64,000 nt of DNA from an uncultured Candidatus Saccharibacteria bacterium (GCA_964468795.1 CAYXWL010000001.1:147587-211586); one strand, 5' to 3'. Shown: positions 1-10,095, counted from the stretch's first letter. Translations and numbers: made by a program. The notes: generated from the letters alone by a model not told the origin.

Positions 1-377
1 TTTAGAAGAACCGCCTCAGGCTCTGCATCTGCTCCAGCCTCGTCGGCTTTTAGGAACTTTGGTGATGTTGCAGAGACCTGAAGAGCTATGTCTTTGGCTA
101 GTTTCTTGAACTCTTCGTTGTTAGCAACGAAGTCAGTCTCACACAATAATTCTACCATAGCTCCGATAGTTCCAGTAGAGTGTACGTATGTTGCAATAGT
201 ACCTGCGCCTAGGGCTCGATCGCTCTTTTTGCCAGCAATTTCAGCACTTTTTGACTGTAGAAGCCCCTTTGCCTTTGAGATATCCCCACCTGCCTCATCT
301 AGTGCCTTTCGACACTGCATGATAGACACGCCAGTCTCGTCTCGCAATTGCTTTACAAGTTCCGTTGTGATTTCCAT
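1..377 (-). CDS. tsf: elongation factor Ts, N-terminal part (3' end cut by window edge)
   Basis: Minus-strand ATG at 375-377 translates MEITTELVKQLRDETGVSIMQCRKAL..., the UBA-like N-terminus of EF-Ts; it lies directly downstream of rpsB as in the conserved rpsB-tsf operon; absent from the ORF track because it runs off the window. Confidence 0.8.
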   Translation of the reverse strand, partial: MEITTELVKQLRDETGVSIMQCRKALDEAGGDISKAKGLLQSKSAEIAGKKSDRALGAGTIATYVHSTGTIGAMVELLCETDFVANNEEFKKLAKDIALQVSATSPKFLKADEAGADAEPEAVLL

Positions 378-406
378 ATTTTATTAAATTAAAAGTAGCC
401 TACTAA

Positions 407-1129
407 TTATACAGTAGCAGTTGGTTTCTTCAACTGTCCGGCCTTGTAAGCCTCAACCATTTTTGATAGGAAAAATTCGATGCTTGCTTTTGAAGAATCG
501 TTTCCTGGAATAGCATACTCTACTTCGTTTAGATTGTTGTCAGTTCCGCAAAGTGCAACGACTGGTATGCCCATTTTCTTTGCCTCTTTTACAGCGATAG
601 ACTCCTTCTTTGCATCAACTACGAATATTGCTTCTGGAAGCCTCTTCATTGCAGATAGTCCGAAGAAAAATTCTTTCAGCTTGTTTATCTCTCGATCAAT
701 AAGAAGCCTCTCTTTCTTTGTATACTTTACAAGCTCTCCCTTTTCTTTCTGTGATACCCAAGACTCAAGCTTTTCAACTCGCTTTCGGATCTCTGGGAAG
801 TTAGTCAAAGTTCCGCCGATAAATCTTCCGGCAACATATGGCTGATTTATGCTTTCTGCTGCAGATGTAACAGCTGACTTGGCTTCGTTCTTTCCGCTTA
901 TAAATAGGATTTGTCCGCCTCGAGATGCTACTGATTCTACGTACTCAATAGCTTTTTTTAGATTATCTACTGTCTTTTCTAGATCTAGTATTTCAATCTT
1001 GTTTTTAACACCATAAATAAATGGCTTTACTGAAGGGTGTCGTCTAGATTTTATAAAGCCAAAGTGCGCTCCTGCAGAAAAAAGAGCGTCTACCAAATTA
1101 TTTGAATTATTTGTATCAGTTTTATTCAT
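407..1129 (-). CDS. rpsB: 30S ribosomal protein S2
   Basis: 240-aa ORF with S2-family sequence, followed by tsf. Confidence 0.9.
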   Translation of the reverse strand: MNKTDTNNSNNLVDALFSAGAHFGFIKSRRHPSVKPFIYGVKNKIEILDLEKTVDNLKKAIEYVESVASRGGQILFISGKNEAKSAVTSAAESINQPYVAGRFIGGTLTNFPEIRKRVEKLESWVSQKEKGELVKYTKKERLLIDREINKLKEFFFGLSAMKRLPEAIFVVDAKKESIAVKEAKKMGIPVVALCGTDNNLNEVEYAIPGNDSSKASIEFFLSKMVEAYKAGQLKKPTATV

Positions 1130-1232
1130 TATTGTTTTAAATCAATCCCTATTGGGACAGGCAACTTTCTGTGCCTTGTGATTCCTAATTTTGTTATTTT
1201 TATTAATTATCGCACTTTCTTGCGAGGGTAAA

Positions 1233-1261
1233 AATATACCAAAATATTGGCTTTTTTGCAA
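1233..1261 (-). promoter_or_regulatory. sigma70-like promoter for rpsB (TTGCAA-17nt-TATATT on minus strand)
   Basis: Minus-strand -35 TTGCAA (1261..1256), 17-nt spacer, -10 TATATT (1238..1233), about 100 nt upstream of the rpsB ATG. Confidence 0.35.
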
Positions 1262-1264
1262 TAC

Positions 1265-2239
1265 TTACTCCTCGTCAGCACCTTCTTTTACCTCTCCGTT
1301 AAAATTCTCCATAGCCTCGATAATAGGATCTATTTCACCTGCTAGAATCTTTGTAATGTTATGCCACGACTGCTTTATCCTATGGTCTGTAATCCTGTCC
1401 TGAAGGATGTTGTATGTTCTTATTTTTTCTGACCTATCTGCCGTACCAATTTGCGACTTTCTATCAGCAGAATATTTTGCAGCCTCCTCCTCTTCTTTTT
1501 TTGCCTCAAGCTTTGCAATTAGGATACTCATGGCAGCTTCCCTGTTTTTAAGCTGGCTTCTCTGAGAGGTAGACCTCACATCTATACCAGTAGGTTTGTG
1601 TATGATTCGCACTGCAGTTTCCACCTTGTTTACGTTTTGACCTCCTGCTCCGCCTGAACGCGAGGTTTCAATCTCCAAATCTGATTGAGGTATTACAAGT
1701 TTAGTTTTCTTTCGCAATGGCAAAATAGCTACTGAGGCGGTAGAGGTGTGCACTCGTCCCATTTTCTCCGTAGCAGGAATTCTTTGTACTCTGTGAACTC
1801 CTGTTTCAAATCTAAGTTTTTTGTATACGTCTCTGCCGTGTATTTCAAAGGAAGCCTCTTTATATCCTCCGACAGGACTCAAAGATTCATCAACTTTTAG
1901 AACTGTCCAGCCGTGATCTTCTGCATACTTTGTATACATATGAGCAAGCTCTTCGGCAAAGAGCGAGGCCTCTTCGCCCCCAGCACCCGCACGAACTTCG
2001 AGGATAATCTCGTTGGGAAATTCATCTTCTTTTTCTTCTTGTGCAATAATTTCCTCCATTTGCTTGTATAAAGCATCTTTCTGAACCTTTATTGACTCAA
2101 GCTCTTCTTTAGCCAAATCAGCAAGAGACGGATCGCCAGCAATCATATCCTCTGTAGACTTTTCGTCGCTCAAAAGCTTCTTGTAGCTTTCTGCAAGGTA
2201 AGTAGTCTTTGGATTTTGTAGGAATTTATCTAAGTCCAT
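1265..2239 (-). CDS. prfA: peptide chain release factor 1
   Basis: GGQ motif ([17 protein letters not shown]) and RF1-type PAT tripeptide ([14 protein letters not shown]). Confidence 0.8.
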   Translation of the reverse strand: MDLDKFLQNPKTTYLAESYKKLLSDEKSTEDMIAGDPSLADLAKEELESIKVQKDALYKQMEEIIAQEEKEDEFPNEIILEVRAGAGGEEASLFAEELAHMYTKYAEDHGWTVLKVDESLSPVGGYKEASFEIHGRDVYKKLRFETGVHRVQRIPATEKMGRVHTSTASVAILPLRKKTKLVIPQSDLEIETSRSGGAGGQNVNKVETAVRIIHKPTGIDVRSTSQRSQLKNREAAMSILIAKLEAKKEEEEAAKYSADRKSQIGTADRSEKIRTYNILQDRITDHRIKQSWHNITKILAGEIDPIIEAMENFNGEVKEGADEE

Positions 2240-2259
2240 GATGTGTATTATAACAACAA

Positions 2260-2374
2260 AGTCTTGTCGTGGTCATATACATTTTAGAGACTTCGCAGGC
2301 GGGTAGCCGAGGCTTGAGGAAAATCGTACCAACGATTTATCCGTGCTCTAAAATGTATGTGACGAGACAAGACT
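2260..2374. repeat. Family-1 TIR element copy E1 (about 115 nt)
   Basis: About 29-bp terminal inverted repeat (agtcttgtcgtggtcatatacattttagag / ctctaaaatgtatgtgacgagacaagact) enclosing the core gagacttcgcaggcgggtagccgaggcttgagg plus a small hairpin (aaatcgt/acgattt); 82-93% identical to E2 over core and TIRs; starts 20 nt upstream of the prfA ATG. Confidence 0.6.
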
Positions 2375-2390
2375 CGTGAATGTGAAAACG

Positions 2391-2657
2391 TTATTTTGAA
2401 GCTTTTGCTTTGGCCTTTGCAACCTTTGCTCTAAACTTCTCAGCTCGTCCAGCTGTATCTAGAGACTTCTCGTTTCCAGTGTAGAATGGGTGACTTGCTG
2501 AAGAGATTTCTAGTCGAAATACTGGGTATTCCTTTCCATCCTTTGCTTTTGCCTTTTCTGTTGTGTGAACTGTAGACGCAATAATAAACTCGGCACCGTT
2601 TGAGTTGTCGATAAATAGAACTGGTCTGTAGTTTTCTGGGTGAATTTCCTTTTTCAT
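2391..2657 (-). CDS. rpmE: 50S ribosomal protein L31 (type B, no Zn cysteines)
   Basis: 88-aa MKKEIHPENYRP...HPFYTG pattern of L31. Confidence 0.85.
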   Translation of the reverse strand: MKKEIHPENYRPVLFIDNSNGAEFIIASTVHTTEKAKAKDGKEYPVFRLEISSASHPFYTGNEKSLDTAGRAEKFRAKVAKAKAKASK

Positions 2658-2728
2658 TGCCTATGTAAGATACCAAAAAGCCTCCATTTTGGCAAGATAT
2701 CTGCAAAATTCTGCAATTAATTTTGGCT

Positions 2729-4105
2729 TTATCTCCTTGATACTCCGTACTGCGTTAGGTAATCAATATCAGCCTGTATGCTATTTTTTAGATTCATCAC
2801 GCTTCTTCCATATGAACAGCTTGAGCCTCCACTACCGTAATATTTACATGCCGCCCTTATTTCTCCGCTATATGTTTGGCTAGATGCACCCAAGTCTCCT
2901 AGATACATTGCTGAAGCAGTAAAGGCATCTTCTGGAGACCATGGGTTTGGCTCGTGATTTAATGCGGATCTTAGCCTGTCTTCAAACAGCATCCAAGTTG
3001 AAGCGATGAACTGAGCAGGGCCCATGGCTCCTCCATATCCTCCAGCTCCTGCAATAGGACAAGAAACCACAGTTTTCATAGGATCAAAACCAAGTCTTGA
3101 AGTAATATCAAGAAACGGCTGTATATCCCTGCTTGGTTTCATTAGGTTAGGCCATGTCTTCCCAGATGAAACATTTACTCCCGCACCCGTTGTAGTGTCG
3201 GTTAAGTAACACTTGCCCACATTTGCTCCCAGATTAGACTCTTGTGTAAGTATCGCCAATACAAAAGCTGGTGCAACTCCTGTCCGATTGGAAGCCGAGT
3301 TTGCATAATTTAATGCCGTGCCAAAATCAATTGCCGCACTTCCTCCTGCAAGCTTGAAGAGTTTTGCTTTTATTTCCGCTGCTTTTTTTTGCCTTTCAGC
3401 CAGGATTTGAGAATATGTCTTTTCCTGAGTCTTGCTGACCTGGACCAAGTACTCCTTTTCTTTTTCGTTAGTTTGAACTTTTTTTTGTTCAGCTTCTGCA
3501 GAAGCTTTTGTATCCGCTTCCTTATCTTTTTGAAGGGCTAGAGCATTTTTTTCTTTTTCCGTGAGTTCCTTGTTTGCTCTAAGTTCGTTGAAAACTACCT
3601 TTAGCGAGGCATTAACAGACTTAAAAGTATCAATATCGCTGAAGAAATCTGAAATACTCTGATTGCCGAGCATTACTTCAGGCAGACTATAAGAGTCCAG
3701 ATCTTTTGTTTTTCTCAAGAGCTGTGACAGCGAATCCTGCCCAGCTTGTATTTTCTCCTCAAGAGTTGCAATGTGAGCATTCTTGTTTGCTATGTCCTTT
3801 TCGAGCTGAGCAATGGCTATGTTTTTTTGTTTTATAAATGCTTTAGCCTGGGCAATCTTTGCATTCAATTGCGCAACTTCGCTCTGTAGAGATTTAGTAT
3901 TTGCTTTTGTACTATCCAAAATCGCCTGCCACTTTGCTATGTCAGCCTCAGTCTGAGCCAGCTCTGCACGCCACTGAGCCTCCTGTTCAGCGTCAGTAAT
4001 GGCAGAAGCAGAGTTTGGAAGCAAAAGCCCAAGTGATAATGCGATAGAAATGGAAAGTGCTATGACGTAAGCCTTTTTCAAGCACAAAAATAACCGTATA
4101 GGCAT
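2729..4105 (-). CDS. secreted coiled-coil protein with C-terminal lytic transglycosylase (SLT)-like domain
   Basis: N-terminal signal/TM, long Ala/Gln/Lys coiled coil, C-terminal ...LTQESNLG...AMGPAQF motif pattern of SLT-type muramidases. Confidence 0.5.
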   Translation of the reverse strand: MPIRLFLCLKKAYVIALSISIALSLGLLLPNSASAITDAEQEAQWRAELAQTEADIAKWQAILDSTKANTKSLQSEVAQLNAKIAQAKAFIKQKNIAIAQLEKDIANKNAHIATLEEKIQAGQDSLSQLLRKTKDLDSYSLPEVMLGNQSISDFFSDIDTFKSVNASLKVVFNELRANKELTEKEKNALALQKDKEADTKASAEAEQKKVQTNEKEKEYLVQVSKTQEKTYSQILAERQKKAAEIKAKLFKLAGGSAAIDFGTALNYANSASNRTGVAPAFVLAILTQESNLGANVGKCYLTDTTTGAGVNVSSGKTWPNLMKPSRDIQPFLDITSRLGFDPMKTVVSCPIAGAGGYGGAMGPAQFIASTWMLFEDRLRSALNHEPNPWSPEDAFTASAMYLGDLGASSQTYSGEIRAACKYYGSGGSSCSYGRSVMNLKNSIQADIDYLTQYGVSRR

Positions 4106-4200
4106 GGTTGAATTATATCATCAAAAATATTTTCTGTAACTTATTAATAAAGACGGATGCGTGTATTCCATCTTACATTTTTATTACAATATTTAGCTAA

Positions 4201-4250
4201 AAAAATTACCACATGAGTTTGAAAGTCTTTCATGTGGTAATTTTTCTTTA
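4201..4250. terminator. bidirectional hairpin terminator downstream of rplY
   Basis: 13-bp perfect stem aattaccacatga / tcatgtggtaatt (4204..4216 / 4230..4242) flanked by an A-run and a T-run. Confidence 0.5.
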
Positions 4251-4880
4251 TTCTGCTGGGACTTCCTCTTCCTCCTTCTTGCCCTTCTTTTCAACTTCGA
4301 TAGCTGATAGATCAACTGGAACTTCCTCCTTCTCTTCTTGAGGAGCGGCAACTGAAGCCACAACCTCCTCAGCATTCTCGACTAGGTCAACTCCCTTTGG
4401 AAGCTCGATCTGAGAAGCTAGTATGACCATTCCAATCTCTTTTAGAGATGAAATATCTACTTTGATATCATGAGGCAAATTCTGTGGCTCTGCAGAAATC
4501 TTTAGCTCGTGCAAAGTCTTGATAAGGTTTCCTCCAAGATCCTTTACTGCAGCAGATACTCCGACGAAATCGAGCGGAACTGCCACTTCAACTTTCTTAC
4601 CCTTTTCGAATACATAAAAGTCTGCATGTCTTGGGGCGTCTGTAATAGGATCAATATCAACATCCTTTAGGAGAGTATCAAATGAACCGGCTGGAGTGAC
4701 TATAGTTATAACTCCTGACTCTCCAGCTTCTCTCCATGACTTCATAAAATCCTTTTGTGAGATAGAAATAGGTGTAGATTCTGTCTTTTTTCCGTAGAAA
4801 ACAGCAGGCATCTTACCCTCCTTTCTCAAGGCCTCTAGGCTTGCAGTCTTATCTCTTTTTTGTGCTTCTAATTTAATCAT
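4248..4880 (-). CDS. rplY: 50S ribosomal protein L25 / general stress protein Ctc
   Basis: MIKLEAQKRDKTASLEALRKEGKMPAVFYGK... L25 N-domain; start moved to ATG at 4880 (ORF track extends to 4964). Confidence 0.75.
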   Translation of the reverse strand: MIKLEAQKRDKTASLEALRKEGKMPAVFYGKKTESTPISISQKDFMKSWREAGESGVITIVTPAGSFDTLLKDVDIDPITDAPRHADFYVFEKGKKVEVAVPLDFVGVSAAVKDLGGNLIKTLHELKISAEPQNLPHDIKVDISSLKEIGMVILASQIELPKGVDLVENAEEVVASVAAPQEEKEEVPVDLSAIEVEKKGKKEEEEVPAE

Positions 4881-4967
4881 TCGGCCAGTATATCCAAAAT
4901 AATTCAATAAATCAAGCTTTTTATAACGAATTTGCCTGGCCGTCAAAGTGCGACTGCCAGGCAAAAA

Positions 4968-5180
4968 TCAATTCATGACTATATCCTGAAAACTGTCTCC
5001 CAGAAGCATGCTGAGCTCATCGAGGCCAATCGACAGCCTCCTTGCAAGCTCGACCGAGAAATTTCCATTGATGTAACACTGTAGGCGAATGTCCATGAGA
5101 TCGTCCCTGTCTACCGGATTGCCTGCATAAGCAGACTTTAGCACAGCAGTTGCATACTCTATGCAGAAAACACGACTCAT
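4968..5180 (-). CDS. hypothetical small protein (GC-rich, carries a GGAGG-type RBS)
   Basis: About 50% GC ORF (MSRVFCIEYATAVLK...) with AGGAGGGCTC-ATG ribosome-binding site, inserted between rplY and fba, whose genes lack SDs; no recognisable domain. Confidence 0.3.
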   Translation of the reverse strand: MSRVFCIEYATAVLKSAYAGNPVDRDDLMDIRLQCYINGNFSVELARRLSIGLDELSMLLGDSFQDIVMN

Positions 5181-5224
5181 GAGCCCTCCTCTACCACTAT
5201 TGCACAAATGTTACTTTTTTCAAA

Positions 5225-6091
5225 CTAGAAATTATTGAAGAACCTCAGCTTCTTATCTACAACTTCTTGAACTGACTTCACTGAAGTTTTTAGGAATTTG
5301 TATGGTGCTACCTCGTCTGGATTTTCAGACAGGCCTTTCATTAGGCCCTGTTTGTATGCTACTCGTATTTCTGTATTTATATGAACAATAGCTATGCCGT
5401 TTGCAATAGACTGCTTGAAATCATCTTCTGAATTTCCCGAACCTCCATGTAAAACAAGCGGAATACCAGTTATTTCTGCAATTTCCTTTACACGAACAAT
5501 ATTCAGCTTTGGATCAACTCCACCCTTGAGCATTCCATGAAAATTCCCTACTGCAGGCGCAAGCATGTCTATTCCGGTAAGCAAAACAAACTCCTTTGCT
5601 TTTTCTGGATTTGTTAGCGAGCTTTCATCAAGCATAACTCCTTCTGGTATTTCATCTAGCACTTTTGATGACTGGCCTATGTAGCCAAGCTCTGCTTCAA
5701 CCAAGACTTCTTTTCCGGAATTCCTAGCATACTCAACGCACTGCTTGGTCAATTTTACATTTTCCTCAAAGGAAAGCTTCGCACCATCAATGATCACCGA
5801 ATCAAATCCCGCATCAATCGCCTCTTTTACCCTGTCGAAGGAGTAAGTATGGTCAGCATTTAAGTAAATTGGATAATCAAACTCTTCTCTGATGCTTTTG
5901 ACCAAGGCCACTGCCTGCCTAACCCCAACAAAGTCCCTCTCGCCTTCCGAAACTCCAATTATTACTGGAACATTTAGGTTCTGTGCGGCCCTGAATATTC
6001 CCCATAAAGCTTCTAAGTTAGAAATATTAAAATGGCCTATTGCTACTTTTTTCTCTCGTGCTTCCTGCACAGATTGTTTCAGTGTTTTCAT
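5225..6091 (-). CDS. fba: class II fructose-bisphosphate aldolase
   Basis: 288 aa, class II ketose-bisphosphate aldolase pattern (…LHGGSGNSEDD…). Confidence 0.85.
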   Translation of the reverse strand: MKTLKQSVQEAREKKVAIGHFNISNLEALWGIFRAAQNLNVPVIIGVSEGERDFVGVRQAVALVKSIREEFDYPIYLNADHTYSFDRVKEAIDAGFDSVIIDGAKLSFEENVKLTKQCVEYARNSGKEVLVEAELGYIGQSSKVLDEIPEGVMLDESSLTNPEKAKEFVLLTGIDMLAPAVGNFHGMLKGGVDPKLNIVRVKEIAEITGIPLVLHGGSGNSEDDFKQSIANGIAIVHINTEIRVAYKQGLMKGLSENPDEVAPYKFLKTSVKSVQEVVDKKLRFFNNF

Positions 6092-6305
6092 GAAATTTAT
6101 TATAACATATCATTTTTAAGACACGCATATTTGTTTGATAACAAATTGCTACGCTCGGAAATCAAGAAAACAATCTTCTCGTTCCGGTGCCTTCTCGCAA
6201 ACTCGCTATCGCTCAAACAGTGCTCCAGGCACTCTTCCACTCGTCGTTGTTTTCTAATTTCCTGTGCGATGTCTAAAAAATGTTATGTTGTAAGCACTTC
6301 GTTGA

Positions 6306-6398
6306 CCCATATTATTTTAGGAGACTTCGCAAGGCGGGTAGCCGAGACTTGAGGAATTTTTCAGCAGAAAAATATCCGTGCTCCTAAAATGATATGGG
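6306..6398. repeat. Family-1 TIR element copy E2 (93 nt)
   Basis: 18-bp TIR cccatattattttaggag / ctcctaaaatgatatggg around the core gagacttcgcaaggcgggtagccgagacttgagg and an atttttc/gaaaaat hairpin; ends 47 nt upstream of the kinase ATG; flanked by tcgttga (left) and gagaaaga (right), as is E3. Confidence 0.6.
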
Positions 6399-6444
6399 GA
6401 GAAAGAAGTGCGGTAGTTGAGAACAATTTGTTATAATAAATTTT

Positions 6445-7437
6445 ATGAAAAATATTGATATGCTCGCTATCGGAGACGTGGTGATAGATGCTTTTATCAG
6501 ACTAGAAGATGCGGAAGTAAATTGCGATATAGACAAGCAGAACTGCAAGCTTTGCGTGAGATTTGGAGACAAGGTGCCATACGAATCAGTTGAGATCTGC
6601 AACGCGGTGGGAAACAGCGCAAACGCTGCCGTATCAGCATCACGACTTGGACTCAGCTCTGCTCTATTTACATATATTGGAGATGATCAAAACGGAAAAG
6701 ATTGCCTCGAGTCACTTAGAAAAGACGGAGTGCATGTTGATTACATACAGGCCCAAGCCGGAAAGAAGACAAATTATCACTATGTGCTTTGGTACGACGT
6801 TGATAGAACTATTTTAGTAAAGCACGAACATTTCAATTATGACTTTTCGAACGTTGAGCCTCCAAAATGGATATACCTCAGCTCTCTTTCAGAAAACTCT
6901 TTGGACTTCCACATGCAAATTGCAGATTTTTTGGAAAAAAACCCTGATGTAAAACTTGCTTTCCAGCCTGGAACTTTCCAAATGAGAATGGGCAAGGAAA
7001 AACTTTACAGAGTATATAACCGAACAGATATTTTCTTTTGCAATGTTGAAGAGGCACAGCTCATCTTGGGCGAAACGTCTCGAGAATTGCCTGTACTCAT
7101 GAAAGGTATTGCAGCGCTCGGCCCAAAGATCATCGTAATCACCGACGGATTTGCAGGAGCTTACGCAATGAGAGCAGAAAAAGAAGAAGAAATATTGTTC
7201 ATGCCGGTTTACCCACACACTCCATTTGAAAGGACAGGTGCAGGAGATGCTTATGCATCAACAGTTGTTTCAGCACTTGCTATGGGTGAGACTTTGGAGA
7301 CTGCACTAACATGGGCACCAATAAACTCTATGTCTGTAGTACAGCAAGTTGGCGCACAAAAAGGATTGCTTACACTAGAAAAATTAAAAGACTACCTAGC
7401 AAAAGCTCCCGAGGATTATAAACTCGGAAAGTTATAG
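6445..7437 (+). CDS. PfkB-family carbohydrate kinase (ribokinase-like)
   Basis: C-terminal GAGD motif (TGAGDAYASTVVSALAMG) and ribokinase-like N-terminal region; TATAAT 7 nt upstream of ATG (near-leaderless). Confidence 0.8.
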   Translation: MKNIDMLAIGDVVIDAFIRLEDAEVNCDIDKQNCKLCVRFGDKVPYESVEICNAVGNSANAAVSASRLGLSSALFTYIGDDQNGKDCLESLRKDGVHVDYIQAQAGKKTNYHYVLWYDVDRTILVKHEHFNYDFSNVEPPKWIYLSSLSENSLDFHMQIADFLEKNPDVKLAFQPGTFQMRMGKEKLYRVYNRTDIFFCNVEEAQLILGETSRELPVLMKGIAALGPKIIVITDGFAGAYAMRAEKEEEILFMPVYPHTPFERTGAGDAYASTVVSALAMGETLETALTWAPINSMSVVQQVGAQKGLLTLEKLKDYLAKAPEDYKLGKL

Positions 7438-7440
7438 ACG

Positions 7441-7467
7441 AAAGCGCGGGTTCCCCCGCGCTTTTTC
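7441..7467 (+). terminator. rho-independent terminator
   Basis: aaagcgcggg-ttcc-cccgcgcttt hairpin followed by a T-run. Confidence 0.6.
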
Positions 7468-7478
7468 ATTAAAATAAT

Positions 7479-8474
7479 TTATTTTCTTCCTATTACTTTC
7501 TTTACTGTTTTTACAATATCTTCCTCACCCATTCCGTAATGCTCGATAAGTTCATCCTGCGTACCAGACTGCCCGAACAAATCCCTTACACCGATTCTTT
7601 CCATCGGTACTGGCATATTTTCTACTAAAACTTCTGCAACAGCCCCGCCGAGTCCTCCATTTATCTGATGCTCCTCAACAGTTACTATCGCTCCGCAAGT
7701 TTCTGCGATTTTTATTATGCTCTCCTTATCAATAGGTTTTATTGTTGAAATATTTAAAACTTTTGCCGAGATTCCGTCTTTCTTTAGCATCTCTGCACTC
7801 TTTAAAGCTCTGTAAACTAAGGCTCCTGTAGCAATAATCCCAACCTCTGCTTTTCCATTTTCATCACCGTAATAAAGCTGTGCTTTTCCAACCTCGAATG
7901 GAGTTTCGTCTGTTGTGATGACTGGAGTTTTTTCTCGTGCCAGCCTTATATAAACAGGTTTGCCAAGTTTTGCAGAAGCTATTGTGGCTTTGCGTGCCTC
8001 AATATGATCGCACGGAGAAATTACTATCATGTTTGGTATGACACGAGTTATCGCAATGTCTTCTATGGCTTGGTGTGTTCCGCCATCTGGTCCCACCGAA
8101 ACTCCTGCATGGCTTCCAGCAATTATTACTGGCCTATCGTTGTAGCAAATTGTGGTTCGTATCTGCTCCCAGTTTCTTCCAGGAGAAAACATCGCATAGC
8201 TTGAGATAAATGGAATTTTACCCATGGCAGACATGCCACTAGCAACAGATGCCATGTTTTGTTCAGCTATTCCTATTTCAACAAATCGCTCAGGAAATTT
8301 TTCGGCAAACAAGTTCATCTTTGTTGATTCGGTAAGATCTGCGCAAAGACCAACGACTCTAGTGTCATTTTCTCCTGCAATCAAAAGCCCATCACCAAAA
8401 CCCTTTCGGATAGGCGCCTGCTCCACTTTTTTATGAAACAATTTCGAATTTAGTTTTTGATTTGAGTTTATCAT
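7479..8474 (-). CDS. tktB: transketolase, C-terminal subunit
   Basis: Pyrimidine-binding and C-terminal domains of a split transketolase. Confidence 0.85.
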   Translation of the reverse strand: MINSNQKLNSKLFHKKVEQAPIRKGFGDGLLIAGENDTRVVGLCADLTESTKMNLFAEKFPERFVEIGIAEQNMASVASGMSAMGKIPFISSYAMFSPGRNWEQIRTTICYNDRPVIIAGSHAGVSVGPDGGTHQAIEDIAITRVIPNMIVISPCDHIEARKATIASAKLGKPVYIRLAREKTPVITTDETPFEVGKAQLYYGDENGKAEVGIIATGALVYRALKSAEMLKKDGISAKVLNISTIKPIDKESIIKIAETCGAIVTVEEHQINGGLGGAVAEVLVENMPVPMERIGVRDLFGQSGTQDELIEHYGMGEEDIVKTVKKVIGRK

Positions 8475-8475
8475 T

Positions 8476-9378
8476 TTATTCGTGCTCGGAAACTATTTGT
8501 CCTCCCAATGTTCGAAGCTCTCGCAAAGCAATCTTCTCCTGTTCGTCTTTTGGGGGTTCGCCTGGAATCTCTGTGCCTGGAGGATTTCCATGCCACTTGT
8601 AGTCGCGTTCCATGAAAGAAACACCTTTGCCTGGAATAGTTCTCGCAACTATTACGCTTGGGCCATCAAAGACAGCCTGCGCCCTGCCGATAGCGGAAAC
8701 TATTTCTTCGAATGAGTGTCCATTTATTTCCTCTGCATGCCAGCCAAAGCTTTCAAACTTGTGCACCACAGAATCTAAGGGCATAACATCTTCTGTGTAA
8801 CCGTCTATCTGAATATTATTCCTATCCACTATTGCAATTAAATTTCCAAGTCTCTCTTTACCTGCAAGCATTATTGCTTCCCAATTTTGTCCCTCATCAA
8901 GCTCTCCATCGCCCAAAAGACAATAAAAAAATCTATCTGAAGATTTGCCGTTATCCATTCTATCAGCGATAGCCATGCCCACCGCCTGAGAAAGACCTGA
9001 ACCAAGAGGACCTGAAGATGTTTCAAGCATTGGCAAGTATTCCCTGTGCGGGTGACCCTGAAGTCTTGAACCAAATTTTCTCAGAGTTAATAGTTCTGAA
9101 ACAGGAAAATACCCAGCATGTGCCATAGTTGCATACAAAACTGGATTTATATGTCCGTTTGAAAGTATGAGCCTATCCCTATCTTTCCAAAAAGGGTCTT
9201 GAGGATTGTGGCGCATTATAAAAAAGTACAACGCTGTGAAAATATCTGCCATACCAAGGGGTCCTGCCGAGTGGCCTGAACCGGCAGAAACAAGCATTTC
9301 TATTATTGAAATCCTTATCTCGCGCGCTTTTTCTTCGAGGAATTTTATTTTCTCATCAGTGAGATTGTTTGCCATCAA
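8476..9378 (-). CDS. tktA: transketolase, N-terminal (TPP-binding) subunit
   Basis: GDG…E…N TPP-binding motif (CLLGDGELDEGQNWEAIM); adjacent to tktB. Confidence 0.85.
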   Translation of the reverse strand: MMANNLTDEKIKFLEEKAREIRISIIEMLVSAGSGHSAGPLGMADIFTALYFFIMRHNPQDPFWKDRDRLILSNGHINPVLYATMAHAGYFPVSELLTLRKFGSRLQGHPHREYLPMLETSSGPLGSGLSQAVGMAIADRMDNGKSSDRFFYCLLGDGELDEGQNWEAIMLAGKERLGNLIAIVDRNNIQIDGYTEDVMPLDSVVHKFESFGWHAEEINGHSFEEIVSAIGRAQAVFDGPSVIVARTIPGKGVSFMERDYKWHGNPPGTEIPGEPPKDEQEKIALRELRTLGGQIVSEHE

Positions 9379-9426
9379 AATAATTATACCCTACACGCAG
9401 GCAATAACAATATAATTGTTCAGATT

Positions 9427-10095
9427 TTAAAAAGAGAGTTCGTTATAAGCCTCTTCTGGGCTTTGAGATTCCAATATTGCTGATCCTGAAATAAGCTTGT
9501 TTGCCCCTGCTTCTACTAGAATGTCCTTGGTTTCCATGTTTACACCGATATCAATTGCAATTATTTTTTCTGGATATTTTTCTCTAAGAATTTTTATTTT
9601 TTCTATTGCAGATTCATCCAGCTCTACTCCATGGTTGCCCAACGCATTGCTTCCCATCACTTGTATGAAATTCGCTATTCCAGCGACTTCTTCCAGCCTT
9701 TCAACATCGGTCCCAGGTTTTATAGCTACCCCGATTGAAACTTCGTTTTTATCGCAAATTTCTTTTATTTTTCGAAAATCAGAAATTGTTTCAATGTGAC
9801 AGACAACTGCAGATATTCCAGTATGAACCCAATCAAGCAAAACTTCCTCTGGCTTTTCTACCATAAGGTGCAATTCTACATCCACATCCTCCCATTTTGG
9901 CCAGCCAACCTCTTCACTTTTGAGTTTTTCAAAATATTCCTTATCCTGTCCGTTGTATGGCCAAGTTTTTGTCCTTGTAAAAACTCCATCGGAAATATCT
10001 ACCTGAACAGTGTCGGCGAAAGCAGAAACCGTTGAAATCTCTTCTTCAAGCTGGGATTTGTTAAATGGAATGACAGCTGGTACTACTTTTATCAT
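9427..10095 (-). CDS. rpe: ribulose-phosphate 3-epimerase
   Basis: Rpe-like TIM barrel (…DVELHLMVEKPE…, …ISDGVF…). Confidence 0.75.
   Translation of the reverse strand: MIKVVPAVIPFNKSQLEEEISTVSAFADTVQVDISDGVFTRTKTWPYNGQDKEYFEKLKSEEVGWPKWEDVDVELHLMVEKPEEVLLDWVHTGISAVVCHIETISDFRKIKEICDKNEVSIGVAIKPGTDVERLEEVAGIANFIQVMGSNALGNHGVELDESAIEKIKILREKYPEKIIAIDIGVNMETKDILVEAGANKLISGSAILESQSPEEAYNELSF

Noticed and set aside
88-387. ORF-track ORF 88..387 (+) and similar antisense ORFs (480..845, 1191..1403, 11265..11978, 39772..40191, 58007..58459, 59063..59275 and others)
   Set aside because: They lie antisense to well-supported conserved genes (tsf, rpsB, gap, groEL, repeat protein) and have low-complexity translations; they are shadow ORFs.
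1145-1156. 12-mer atccctattggg shared between the rpsB leader (1145..1156) and the att-like region (21645..21656)
   Set aside because: No extended similarity on either side; most likely chance.
1265-2239. Alternative genetic code (UGA as Gly, as in some CPR lineages) because only RF1 is seen
   Set aside because: Many well-conserved genes here terminate at TGA (for example the serine recombinase and ORF 21050..21571) and conserved proteins are intact under the standard code; absence of prfB from one 64 kb window is uninformative.
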